A DNA stretch of 64,000 nt from Podarcis erhardii (Eukaryota). Positions 37,030 through 48,470 of the stretch are shown here, in pieces. Made by a program: the position numbers and the translations under genes. The stretch is from assembly GCA_964252035.1 (NCBI GenBank), contig OZ176200.1. One strand, 5' to 3'. Position 1 is the stretch's first letter, and each line of letters begins with the position of its first letter. The notes under the pieces were generated by a model. That model saw only the letters and a list, made by a program, of their open reading frames with translations. It was not told the DNA's origin and ran no database searches.

Positions 37030-37410
37030 ATCAACCCAAAGGGTGTGTGAAAACAAAACATAACAATGACATATGGATTTGGGGACTGAAGATAATGTTG
37101 GTTTATAGAAAGTGGGTTTTTTGGGTGTTATCTTGGAGTGGATGAAGCGACTATTGTTTATATATTGCAGACAGATGAAGAATCAGAAGTTCTTTAATTT
37201 CTGTATTTTATCTTTTCTATTTTCTCTTTCAAATTCTTCTTATCGTTTTCTCTCGGGGGGTTTCCTCTCTTCTTTTCTTTTCTCCTCCTTTCCTTTTCCT
37301 TTTCCTCTTTCCCTCTTATGTTTTTATTTTATTTAGATTAATGTTGGATAAAAAAGATAGCTGATAGTAAGTTTTGTATCTCTCTTTACAAGCACTAATA
37401 AAATTTATTC
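37030..37410 (+). mobile_element. L1 3' end
   Basis: Similar to 3895-4340; T-rich UTR, AATAAA and A tail at ~37397-37420. Confidence 0.75.
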
Positions 37411-37470
37411 AAAGAAAAAAAGGATTGACACCATCTAGGTTCATTTCCCGACCAGCCAGTTTTATGCATA

Positions 37471-37598
37471 TTTTTGGAGCGCTTCTATATTTTGCTAGCA
37501 GATTACAGAACCAGTTAATAGTGATACTTTCCAATTTTTGGAGCGCTTCTATATTCCACTAGCAGATTACAGAACCAGTTGATAGTGATACTTTCCAA
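37471..37598 (+). repeat. 64-bp tandem duplication
   Basis: tttttggagcgcttctatatt...gatactttccaa twice (starts 37471 and 37535). Confidence 0.92.
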
Positions 37599-37632
37599 CC
37601 TGGATGGCTTTAAAAGAAGATTAGACAAGATA

Positions 37633-37961
37633 CAGTGGTGCCTCGCAAGACGAAATTAATCCATTCCGCGAGTCTCTTCGTCTTGCGGTTTTTTCGTCTT
37701 GCGAAGCACGGCTATTAGCGGCTTAGCGGCTATTAGCGGCTTAGCGGCTATTAACGGCTTAACGGCTTAGCAGCTTAGTGGCTTAGCAGCTATTAGTGGC
37801 TTAGCGGCTTTAAGAAAAAGGAAACAAACTCGCAAGACGTTTCGTCTTGCAAAGCAAGCCCATATGGAAATTCGTCTTGTGGAACGACTCAAAAAACGGA
37901 AAACTCTTTCGTCTAGCGAGTTTTTCGTCTTGCGAGGCATTCGTCTTGCGGGGCACCACTG
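37633..37961. mobile_element. Tigger/pogo-like MITE (CAGTGGTGCC subfamily) with internal (TTAGCGGC)n array
   Basis: TA|CAGTGGTGCCTCGCAAGACGAA...TTCGTCTTGCGGGGCACCACTG|TA. Confidence 0.9.
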
Positions 37962-38039
37962 TACTAGTCATGATGACTTACAGTATGTACGACCTCCAGC
38001 ATCAGAGCTGCCATGTGCATCTGATACCAGTTGTTGTGG

Positions 38040-38170
38040 TACCAAAGCGTTGCACTCAGGTCTTGCTTGTGAACTCCCCACAGGCATCTGCTTGGCTGTT
38101 GTGAGAACGGTATACTGGACAACTAGACTGGCCGGTGACCTGATCCAGAAGGGCTCTTCTTATATTCTCT
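38040..38170 (+). mobile_element. Old CR1 3' UTR fragment
   Basis: caggcatctgcttggctgttgtgagaac...gacctgatccagaagggctcttcttatattct. Confidence 0.7.
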
Positions 38171-38515
38171 ATTAAATGAAGTGCACTCAGTTGCTTCAAT
38201 CAAGGTGAGTGAAAAGCAACTCAGACTGCAGGCATCCCATCAGCTGCAATTAAGCCTGCCTTTCAGAGACTGTGACCCAAAAAATGGTGGGGGGAATTAA
38301 ACACAGCTATTTATATCCAGCTTACAATGTTAGCCTGGAGTAGAGATGTGAGGATCATCTTTTCTTCCCTTTGATAAATTTTGCTAGCATTACCAACTCT
38401 CAGTATGCTTACATCAGAACTCTGATCTTTATACCAAGCAGGCCCTTCCAAATTCATCTCTGGATTTCACTTTCAGTCAAAATGCCGCTACCAGAATTTA
38501 TTCTATGTTCATTCT

Positions 38516-38518
<3 letters not shown>

Positions 38519-38566
<48 letters not shown>

Positions 38567-38870
38567 TTATACCCTGCCCATCTGGGCGGCTCCCAACAGA
38601 ATATTAAAAATATGATAAAACAAATAAACATTAAAAACTTCCCTAAACAGGGCTGCCTTCAGATATCTTCTAAAAGTCGGATAGTTGTTTGTTTCCTTGA
38701 CATCTGATGGGAGGGCGTTCCACAGGGCGGGTGCCACTACCAAGAAGGCCCTCTGCCTCGTTCCCTGTAACTTGGCTTCTCGCAATGAGGGAACTGCCAG
38801 AAGGCCCTTAGAGCTGGACCTTAGTGTCCGGGCCAAACGATGGGGGTGGAGACGCTCCTTCAGGTATACT
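38519..38870 (-). mobile_element. L2 LINE 3' end with (AAT)n tail
   Basis: Same family as 27311-27700; ORF 38567-38836(-) RTLRSSSKGLLAVPSLREAKLQGTRQRAF...LWNALP is an L2 ORF2 C-terminus. Confidence 0.92.
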
Positions 38871-40273
38871 GTTTGTTCAGAATGTATTCAATTTTCTACA
38901 AAATAGCACTAAAGCAATAGCTTAGGCCTCAAAATGGAGAGAAGACTAATCTCTTCCTCTTTAATACTTAAAAGAAAGAGAGATATGGTTAATCTAAGTA
39001 ATGATTTAAATGTGGAGCTAAAAAAAACCTCAGGAGCTCTTCATGTAGTGTGTGGATATATAACAGTCTGAATATATCCATACATAATTAGACAGGTGTA
39101 TAAAGAGAGGCAGGAGGCTTCATCCCATGATTAACAAGAAATGAGCTGTGATTATTTTATTTTACTTTTTTTATAAAAAAAAAGAAAAGTAAAGTAAAAT
39201 GCCTTAAACATGAGAATTTATTTGCAGTCATTTAAGTCACCTAGTTCTAAATCCAAGACCTTTGATCATATTTAATCCTGTCGAAAGGCTGAATTGTAAT
39301 CAGACCAAGATCCATTATATTGTGGGGCTGTAGTACCGGTGCGTGACAGAATGCTATTTTCCATTAGTTCATTGTTGCAGGTAATACAAATGTTGGATGT
39401 GCTTAATAGCTCTCCCCCCCCCTCCTTCTATTGCATTTTAGGACTGGTCACTAATGTGAATTTTTGCTTGTTCTTAAATAAATTAATTAAAGTGCTCACG
39501 TCCATCTCTTTTTTAAAAAAAACCAACAAAGCTTGACACTCATTTGCAACATCAGCAAAATTCAACAATCAGGACATCATTCCAAATTACAACTTCTTAG
39601 TAACAGCAACCGCATGTCCTCTCTGTCTGATGAAAATGGATGTTTACAGGGTCTTTTGACTTGGGATTGATTTCCTTAATAGTTTTTATTGAGCTATGAA
39701 GAATTTCTCTCCGGCACCAGGATGCCTGTAAGAGTTTTACGAAAAGAGACTTGGAAGTTTTCTTTCGAAGGCCTCACTCGTGGAAAGCAGTTTTGCATGG
39801 CACCTAAGGTCAGCTCTCCAAATGGCGTATTTATTTATCTATTTGTCTATAAATGTATTTATAGGCTGCCTTTATGAGCACACCCTGATCCCATTGGCTT
39901 GATGCACTTTACTGAATATTATCTCAGCAGCTTGGTGGAATAAGAGAGGGGCATTGCTTAGAAAATTGCACTGGGACTGGAAAGAATGGGTTCATATCTA
40001 CTGTAGTGGCTGCATGGTGTAGACTGAGGAAAGTCACTATCTCTTGAGCCTCAGTTCCCAATTTATAAAACGGAAGTAAGAGTGACCTCCTTCCATTGTA
40101 GGGTGATTCTTAGAAGAAGACGCAATAGAGATGGGGAAGTGATTTGCAGATTTCAAATGCCTGTGCAAATGCTAAGTGATAACACCAATATGCAGCCATC
40201 TACATGAGATTTGTTCTCATAATACATGAATCCTCAGACATTGGGACTGAGGGCCATTCTTCAGGTCACATCT

Positions 40274-40760
40274 TGTCAGGATTTACAATCTCCCTCTCAC
40301 ACCAAGAGATGGGAGGCTGATGGTTTTATTACAGTCAGATTTATTAGTGTGTACACTTAGTTTCAGTCTGAGCCCACAGCTCAATCTTCCGCACCCAATG
40401 AGTCAGTTGAGCCCACTGAAAGGCGGGCTTTCCACCAACAGGATATCCTCCATTGGCTGCCCCTCCTCCTGTAGGACTGACGCCAAGCCTGGACTCTACT
40501 ACTACTACTACTACTACGAGGAAATTCGGGAGCAGCTTGCCCAGTTTGCCCCTACTCCCCTGAGAACGTGTCCGAGAGCTGTGGCCCCCCTGTCTGCCTT
40601 ATGCTGTCTTGGGTATTTACGACATGCATACCAGAACAGGAGGGCCTCTTTTAACTGTCCATATAGGAAGAAAGCAAGCCTCTGTCTCTTTCTACCTGCC
40701 ACCCCCCCACCCCCATCTTTGGAGCCCTCACTGTCACCCTGGGAAGGAACCTTCCTGACA
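40274..40760 (-). mobile_element. Solo LTR (487 bp)
   Basis: Ends TGTCAGGA...TCCTGACA (8-bp inverted); exact 5-bp TSD CATCT (40269-40273, 40761-40765); minus-strand AATAAA and CCAAT; internal (CTA)n. Confidence 0.9.
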
Positions 40761-41180
40761 CATCTGATCTGTCTTTCAGCAAATCAAGTCATAGAGTTCA
40801 CACAATAACTGAACCAAGGTAACCCAAGGGAACTTGCTCCCATGCACTGGGTGGTAAAGCATGCACGTTTTGAGTAAGCTAGAGGGGACAGAAAACAAGA
40901 GAGAAGGCTGCTGTATCCAATAGAGAAGACTACTGCATGCAAATGACAACCCAAATTCATGCCAGGTAGCTTAGTCATCTGTAGCATCCTTCTGTATAGA
41001 GCGGCTTTCCACAATGCTGTCTGGAGCTGATGGTTTCTGTAGAATTTTACAGAATGTTAATTTTTTCTGTAGATTTTACCACATCTAAATAGGTTCACAC
41101 AAATCTTAAACTATGGTCCTATAAACACTGATTTGGAAATAAATGTCTCTGAACTCTTTGACGCTTACTACTAGGTAATC

Positions 41181-41834
41181 ATGAACTTTGAGCTGCCAAC
41201 TTCTGTGAGCTGTGAATTTATGTGAACTGTGAACTTTTTGAGTTGCACACTTTTGCGCACTGTGAACCTTCGCAAACTTTGAGCTGCAATATTCTGGAAA
41301 CTGAATTTTTGTGAAGAAGCCATGAACTCATATGAGCTACGGACATTTGCAAGTTGTGAACGTTTGTGAATTGTGAACTTTTGTGAGCTCTTAAAAATAT
41401 TGAGATGCAAGATTCTGGGAGCTTCGGGAATCTGCCAACTTTTGCGAACTTTGAGCTGCAAACTTCTGCGAATTGCAAATTTATTTTAGTTGCGAACTTT
41501 TGAGAACCTTGTGCTGTGAAATTCTGGGAATTTGGGGTAGCTGTGTACTGTTTTGCACTGTGAACTAGTGAACTTTGGGGTCTGATATTCTGGAAACTGA
41601 ACTTTTTGCGAACATCTACTAGTTGCGAACTTCTGTGAGATGCGAATTTTTGTGATCTTTTGATAACCTTAAACTGCGAATTTCTGTGAGTTGCAAACTT
41701 TTGTGAATTTCAGAAACCTTTGAACTTCTAACTTTTGTAAGCTTTTCTGAATTTTGAGCTGCGAACTTCTGTGAGTTGCAAACATCTGTGGGTTGTGAAC
41801 TTTTCTGAGTTGAGAACTTTTGAGTTGAGAACTT
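41181..41834. repeat. Degenerate minisatellite, core (T/G)GCGAACTTYTGTGAG
   Basis: Dozens of tgtgaacttt / tgcgaactt / tgagttgc motifs; a longer block atattctggaaactgaa recurs at ~41289 and ~41585. Confidence 0.85.
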
Positions 41835-43230
41835 CCTCATTGCTTCCAGTCTCTGAGACCAGCTTAAATAAATGGGATTCCTTGGGGTCTTCTAGGCTGT
41901 TGCTATTTTGGGGTGAGATTCAATTACATCCTCTCAAATTCTGGTTGTTTGGTGATGGTTGGTTGAGAGGTCTTGCACAGCAAACCTACTTTGACAAAAT
42001 AATGGACTTCTTGTGTTAAGGAAAGCACTGCAAAATGGGGAATTACCCTTGATGCAACACCATCTAGCCTCCCACAAATAAATTAGGATGAATGCTCACT
42101 AAACAGCCAACCTCATCAAACCTCAACTGTGTACATCCCATACACTTAAACACGTGGCTTCCCCAAAGAATCTTGGGGACTGTAGTCCCCCCCCCAGCTA
42201 CAATTTCAAGAACCATTAACAAACTACATTTCCCAGGATTCTTTGGGGGATGTTTGTGCTCTAAATGTGCTTTAAATGTACGATGTGTTTGCTGTTCTCT
42301 GTGGGAACAAATCACGATGAATGATCAATAAGTAGATAGCCTTTCTAATATCATGTGCATAGGGAAAATGAGATACACATCCATCCCACAGTGAGATGTC
42401 TATGAGAACCACATACATATAGAGCTGGCTGAAGGAAAGATACAGGCCTCCCCCGCTGTCTTTTTTCATGTTACCCAGGAAGCAAGAATGTACTTTGTGT
42501 TATGAATAACTTAAGCTTCTCTCACATAAACTAGACTTGGCTCCTTCCCTGGACTTAGAGAGAAACCAGATTTCCTGCTACAGAACTTTTCTTTCCTGCT
42601 TCAGTTGCAATTTTAAAGAAGGACTAAAGTGTACATTTTGCACAGAAATGTGTAAAGAAAAAGCCACTGACAAGTCCCCCCCCAATGGAAAACAAATCTG
42701 AGTGAAAGCAATTTAGAACAAAGAAGCTAGAGAATGTATGCTTTATCTATTCCCTCCCTGCCCTTCTATGGCTTAAATTGCCCCCTGAGCCTCAGTTTCC
42801 AACCATGTGTGCTCCACATGAAACACTCACACTATGCTGAATTTATATACAACACAGAATATGTTCCTCAGGTGCCAAACTCTACTCTTGTACCTTATTT
42901 GAAAAGCAAGGGAAAGCACATATGACTTGGATTTTAAAAAAGTTCACTGGTTGCCAATTATTTTCCAGGCCCAATTCAAGGCACTTATGCTTATGTGTCC
43001 AAATATCAAGGAGAACACCGACCTGCCCATAGCTTAAGTGCAATGGACGATGCCTCACTCATGGTTTCTACTGAGAATGAAGTGTGTAGTACAGGGGCCT
43101 GTGGAAGTGCCTTTTCAGTGGTGGCTCCACATTTGTGAAACGCCAAGCTGCATTATTTGTTTGTTTGTTTGTTTGTTTTTGAGGAAATAGGTGATGAGGC
43201 ATGGATCTTTCAGTCGGCTTTTTGTGGCCA

Positions 43231-43468
43231 AAGGCAGAGGGCCTTTTCGGTGGTGGTGCCCTCCCTCTGGTAGTAGCGACATCCCTCAGATGTCAAGGAA
43301 ATAAACAGCTATCCGACTTTTAGAAGACATCTGAAGGCAGCCCTGTTTAGGGAAGTTTTTAAGGATTGATGTTTTCATTGTCTTTTTAGATATGTTGTAA
43401 GCCACCCAGAACGGCTAGGAAAATCCAGCCAGATGGGCAGGGTATAAATAAAATTAGTAGTAGTAGTA
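43231..43468 (+). mobile_element. L2 LINE 3' end
   Basis: Reverse complement of the 27311/38519 family; (TAG)n tail. Confidence 0.88.
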
Positions 43469-43471
43469 ATA

Positions 43472-43721
43472 CAGTGGACCTTGGTTTATAAATTTAATCC
43501 ATTCCAGAAGTCCATTCTTAAACCAAAGCATTCTTAAACCAAGGCGTCTTTCCCATAGCAGCGGGGGACTCAATTTACAAATGGAACACACTCAACAGGA
43601 AGCAAAACATGTTCTGCTTCCAAGGCAAAGTTCACAAACTAAAACACCTACTTCCGGGTTTGCAGCATTCTTAATCCAAGTTGTTCATAAACTAAGCTGT
43701 TCTTAAACCAAGGTACCACTG
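43472..43721. mobile_element. Tigger/pogo-like MITE (TTCTTAAACCAAG subfamily)
   Basis: TA|CAGTGGACCTTGGTTTA...TAAACCAAGGTACCACTG|TA. Confidence 0.88.
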
Positions 43722-45067
43722 TAATAGTTTGACACTGCTGCTTTTATTATGAGTTGTACTGAAATAATTGCTTTTGTGTTCTTGTATCATCTGATTGTTA
43801 TGCTGTTTGTTACATTGTAAATCAGCCTGTGGCCTTTTGACAAAGTGTGGTATATACATGTCTAAATAAACAAATAAATACAAAATGTTGCCCTAGTCTA
43901 GTTGCTAGTCATGTTATATCCTGACCATAAGTAAGAGTCCATGGTGTATGGCGGCTGACTGTTGGTATCTCAGGCAAGCAGGTAGAGTATGAAAACATGT
44001 GCACTAATTTTTACAGCTTTGATGCACATGAACACAACAGAAATTCACATCAATCCTAATATCTGCATGGGCACAGACCTATGGAAAGAAAGCAATGAGT
44101 TGCAGATCCAAGAATTCTCATGTTGAATGGGGGGAAATGCAAATTAAGTTTTTAAAAGTTGCATCAAACTGAATTTTAAAGAAACAGCTAATCAACACAC
44201 TGATAATTATGCCCTTTCTTCCTGTTTCTATCATCATAATGCCAATTGGGTTGCTCCTTTGTTCAGAGTGCATTCTCCAGTTTCCCACAACTCTATCTGG
44301 AAATGCAGATGAAAATGCCTGTTATCTACTGTGTGCCGAAATAATATCACTGCCATAATGGAATAATCTCTTCAGCTTTCCGCCATCGTATTTATAAGAT
44401 AAATGTAAGTGCTGAGAGAGGGAGTTCTGTTGTTCTGATGTGGAAAATCAGCACAGCTACAGTGAAGGAAGGGAGAGAAGCTGGGTGAAAATGTGACACA
44501 GAGGGGTCAAGGGCAGGAAGAAGAATGTAACCCAGAGGAGATGGAGAAGGTAGGGTGAACTGAAATGGGAGGCTGCTGAGGGTGAGGGAGCCAAGAAGCC
44601 ATCCTGTTCTATGTTAGTCCAGAAGGCAAGGTGAGAAGCAGAGAATGGAAATTGCAAGGAAACAGAGTTTGGTTAAATATAAAGGTGAAACCACTGAATG
44701 GTGAGGCCTGTTACAGTCCAGAAGTAGCCAAAACCATGCCTTCTACATGTTGCTCAATTCCAGCTTCCATTGATCCTATCCATCATAGTCAATGATCAGG
44801 GTTGATAAGAGTTGGAATCCAGCAACATCTAGGGGGCTCCATGTTGGCTGCCCTTGTGTTAAGATGGTGAGACAGACTCCCTAAAGTGTTGGTGGACTAT
44901 CCTTTGCTAGGAAGAGAATTAGAAAGAACAGTTTCCAATGCTATAATTCTAGGAGTACAAGAAAAATAGAGAAGGAAGTAAATATCATAGTAAGGCCTAG
45001 GTAAGGAGGTGTGTGTGGTGCTAGGATCAGAGAAGGAAATTTCCAAAGCACTTTCTGACCTGCCATT

Positions 45068-45068
<1 letters not shown>

Positions 45069-45099
<31 letters not shown>
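45069..45099 (+). repeat. (TG)n microsatellite
   Basis: Seen directly. Confidence 0.95.
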
Positions 45100-45107
<8 letters not shown>

Positions 45108-46029
45108 GTGTGTGATCTATTCAATGGGAAAGGTCAAAATAATCTCATTCACCCAGTACAATACCTTTGCATGAGCCTAAGTAGTTTTTTGTTTGGGTTT
45201 TTTAAAACCCAGTCTGAGAAAATAACAGAAGCCAATGCTACTTGGCCAAAGAATAGTTTGCAATTTCTTTCATTTACAAGGAAGGCGTTTGAAAACTCAG
45301 GTGGTGAGGTCTGTTCTGATGACATCATTACGAAGCAAGGTCTTGTTAACATATGAAGCCATGTGATATTCCATTCATGCTACATCAGCTCAGAATGGCA
45401 ATTATGAAGATGATCAAAATAATGGTGGTGGAGGTGCATGAGGAGGAGGGAAAGGGTCTAATTAAAATACTTAAAATCCCGAAGAAGAATTTATTGACCA
45501 AGGTCAATAAGATTTGTCATTTTCAGCCCAGCAAAAGTGATAGGGCAAGAGAGCATTTCATGTTAATTAAACAACAACCAAGAAGGAAAGGGGGGAAAAA
45601 ACCACCAAATCTAGAGCAGATGTCGCTAAGCACTTTTTCATGCAGAGAATTATAATTATAAGGGCATAAAACAGCTTTACTAAATGAGGTTGCAGAGGTT
45701 AAAAGAAGTGCTGGATCAGCAAATGAAGAAAACAATGTAGGCTAACCATAGATCATGAAAATGGGCAAGAGGGGAATTGGAGAGACGTATAATAAGAGAC
45801 CTAATAGAAAGACCCATCAAGAGTTCTGGTCAATGTTTTATTGTGGTGAGGATTCAATGGTCTTTGTGCATGCCCTGTGGTTAGAAAACAGTTGTTATCA
45901 AAGTGAACTTTTTACAGTGGGGGCCAGGAGGTTGGAGGCAGGGCAAATAGAATCAGGTTAGCATTTGGCTTTATCGGGAATTCAGCCAGATTGGAATCTA
46001 GATGGTACAGAGTGGCAAGATCTAAGAGC

Positions 46030-46858
46030 TTTGGAATAGAGCCTTAAGAGCTTGGGTGTAACCTTCGACGATGCCCTTTCCATGGAGGCATCTATTCCAA
46101 AGCATTTTTCCATCTCTGCTGAATTAAGCAGTTGGTCCCTTACCTTTCTCACCCTGATCTGGGCACAATGATCCATGCGACGGTCACCTCTAGGCTTGAT
46201 TCTTGTAACTCGCTCTACACGGGGCTGCCCTTGAAGCTGACCCAGAAATTCCAGTGGGTGCAGAATGCCACGGCGAGGCTCCTTACGGGGTCCTTGCCGT
46301 GGGATCACATTCATCCAGTGCTTTACCAACTGCACTGGCTCCTGGTGGAGTACAGGGTCAGGTTTAAGGTGCTGGTTTTGACCTTTAAAGCCCTATGTGG
46401 CCTAGGACCCACGTACCTACGGGACCGCCTCTCCTGGCATGTGCTGCGGAGGACCTTAAGGTCCACAAATGACAACACTTTGGAGGTCCCAAGCCGCAAG
46501 GTGGTTAGATTGGTCTCAACTAGAGTCAGGGCCTTTTCAGTACTGGTCCCGACTTGGACTTGACATCTTTCCGCAGGGCCTGCAGGACAGAGCTGTTCTG
46601 CCTGGCCTTTGGTTTGGACTCAGTCTGACCCTTATGTTTCCCTCCCCTTATGGTTTTGATCTATGGGCTACTTTTAGAATGAGGCTGCATTTTAAATTGT
46701 ATTTTAACCTGTATTTTAAATTGGTTTTTTTTCCTTTCTCCTATTATGTTTTTATTGTAATTTTACTGGAGTTAGCCACCCTGAGCCTGGGAGCTCCTCC
46801 TCTGGCCGGGGGAGGGCGGGGTATAAATAAAATTTATCATTATTATTATCATTATTAT
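46030..46858 (+). mobile_element. L2 LINE 3' portion (second family)
   Basis: ORF 46132-46563: HATVTSRLDSCNSLYTGLPLKLTQKFQWVQNATARLL...LHWLLVEYRVRFKVLVLTFKAL, canonical L2 ORF2; (TAT)n tail. Confidence 0.93.
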
Positions 46859-47551
46859 GGCAGAATCTGGACTTTAAAAGCTTTTCACACCCCAGTACTA
46901 CTTACTTGACAGAGCATAAAAAAATACTACAACTGGTTGGCAACACTTCAGTGGTGTTTCCATACCTGCCTCAGTGTTTTTGCAGTTTCCTGCACTGATC
47001 ACAGCATGTATGAGGGGCTACTCTCAAGGTCTGTCGTGTCCCATCACCTCCATGTCTGGACTAGCTCAGAACCAGACAAAAACATATTAGAGGAGGAAGA
47101 GCCCAGCATTGATTGCAGCATCTCGTTCCACCCAGCTCCTGGTTGTTGTGTGAGCTCTGATCCTTTTGTTGTACAGCTCCTTAGCTGTGGGCATCTGCTG
47201 GACAGCTCCATACAATGTAGGAAGGCAAAGAAACTTGAAGAGGAGCTAAGCTCCTTTTTCATCTGAAATAAATGTGAGCTATGATCCAGTCCTGGTGGAT
47301 CAAGAAGGAACTTGCTCACTACAAAGGCAAGATGACAAGATCTTGCCACACATAATATCACCATGACACAAAATGTAGATGGTATTGTGGAGTCCATTCC
47401 AAGGTAAGTTCCAAGGACATTTGTCCAGCTTTCCCAGAATTATCCAGATAGGATAGTTGTCTGTCCCAGGTAAGATCCCAGAGTATGAGCTAAGAGTAGA
47501 TGATATAACAATTGTACTGAAGTGATGCAATTCTGGATCTTGTCAATGCCA

Positions 47552-47564
47552 CCACCAGGTGGCA
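47552..47564 (+). promoter_or_regulatory. Candidate CTCF site
   Basis: CCACCAGGTGGCA matches the CTCF core consensus. Confidence 0.5.
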
Positions 47565-48285
47565 ATTTCCTGTATGTTGCTTTGAGTTTCATGATGAAAG
47601 AAAAGTAAAATATGCATATAATTTTTAAAAATGCAAAACACATAGATTCTAAAGTGTTTTACATTAGTGTTTTTCCCTCAATTCTTTTTGATATTAATAA
47701 TAAGGGGGGAATCATAATTAGCTAAGTATTGAGGACCCCCTGTTTTTCAAAAGCCAAGCCATGGAACTTCTACTTTTGAAAAATTTTGATAACTCTATGG
47801 TGGCTTTTGTTGTGGGTCTGCGGACCACCGGTTGTGAACCACTGCTCTGTGGAAATCTTTCCCTCTATTTACTACTGCTTTAAAGATAAAGAAAATATAA
47901 AATATCATGTCCATTTCCCCATAACACATAGGCCCTAGGTAGGTTCCAAACTAATAAAATAAAGCCACCCCCAATGAAACTGTAATGCTGATAATAAAAT
48001 ATAATGGACTGTATCCAAATTTATACTCATTGAAATGGGTCTACTCTGAAGATGTTTTAGAATGTTGTTTTCCACGTTTTGCTTTCTAACTTTCTTTATT
48101 GACATCTAATTGGTTTACTTTTTTTTTTTAAGTAAAGCAGAGTCCAGCCTTTCTGCTATTGGTTGGGTGGGGAGGGGAGTTAAAACATGTGAAGATAAAC
48201 AAGAAATCATTCAAAGTTCTACCTCACAATGAACATAAGTCACATATAGTTCACCCAGAGGTTATGGGAACTACTTTTAGAGATA

Positions 48286-48373
48286 TTTTGTTGAACGTCA
48301 TTTTGTTGAACGTTATTTTGTTGAACGTTCATTTTGCTGAACGTCATTTTGTTGAACGTCATTGAATTGAACC
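48286..48373. repeat. 15-bp tandem array (TTTTGTTGAACGTCA)x5, possible DNA-transposon subterminal array
   Basis: Five near-perfect copies, each retaining a CpG, followed by TGAATTGAACC. Confidence 0.8.
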
Positions 48374-48384
48374 AGCCTATTCCA

Positions 48385-48470
48385 AGCCTGAAGATAGAGG
48401 TGCCTGGCGTGCTCTGGTCCATGGGGTCACGAAGAGTCGGACACGACTAAACAACTAAACAACAACAACA
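48385..48470 (+). mobile_element. BovB (RTE) LINE 3' end
   Basis: gcctggcgtgctctggtccatggggtcacgaagagtcggacacgactaaacaactaaacaacaacaa, the BovB 3' terminus with (CAA)n tail. Confidence 0.9.

Noticed and set aside
40320-40808. 162-aa ORF with poly-Tyr
   Set aside because: Lies inside the solo LTR; the poly-Tyr comes from a (CTA)n repeat.
48286-48361. CRISPR-like array
   Set aside because: Repeats are contiguous with no spacers, the context is eukaryotic and there are no cas genes. The same applies to the other tandem arrays.
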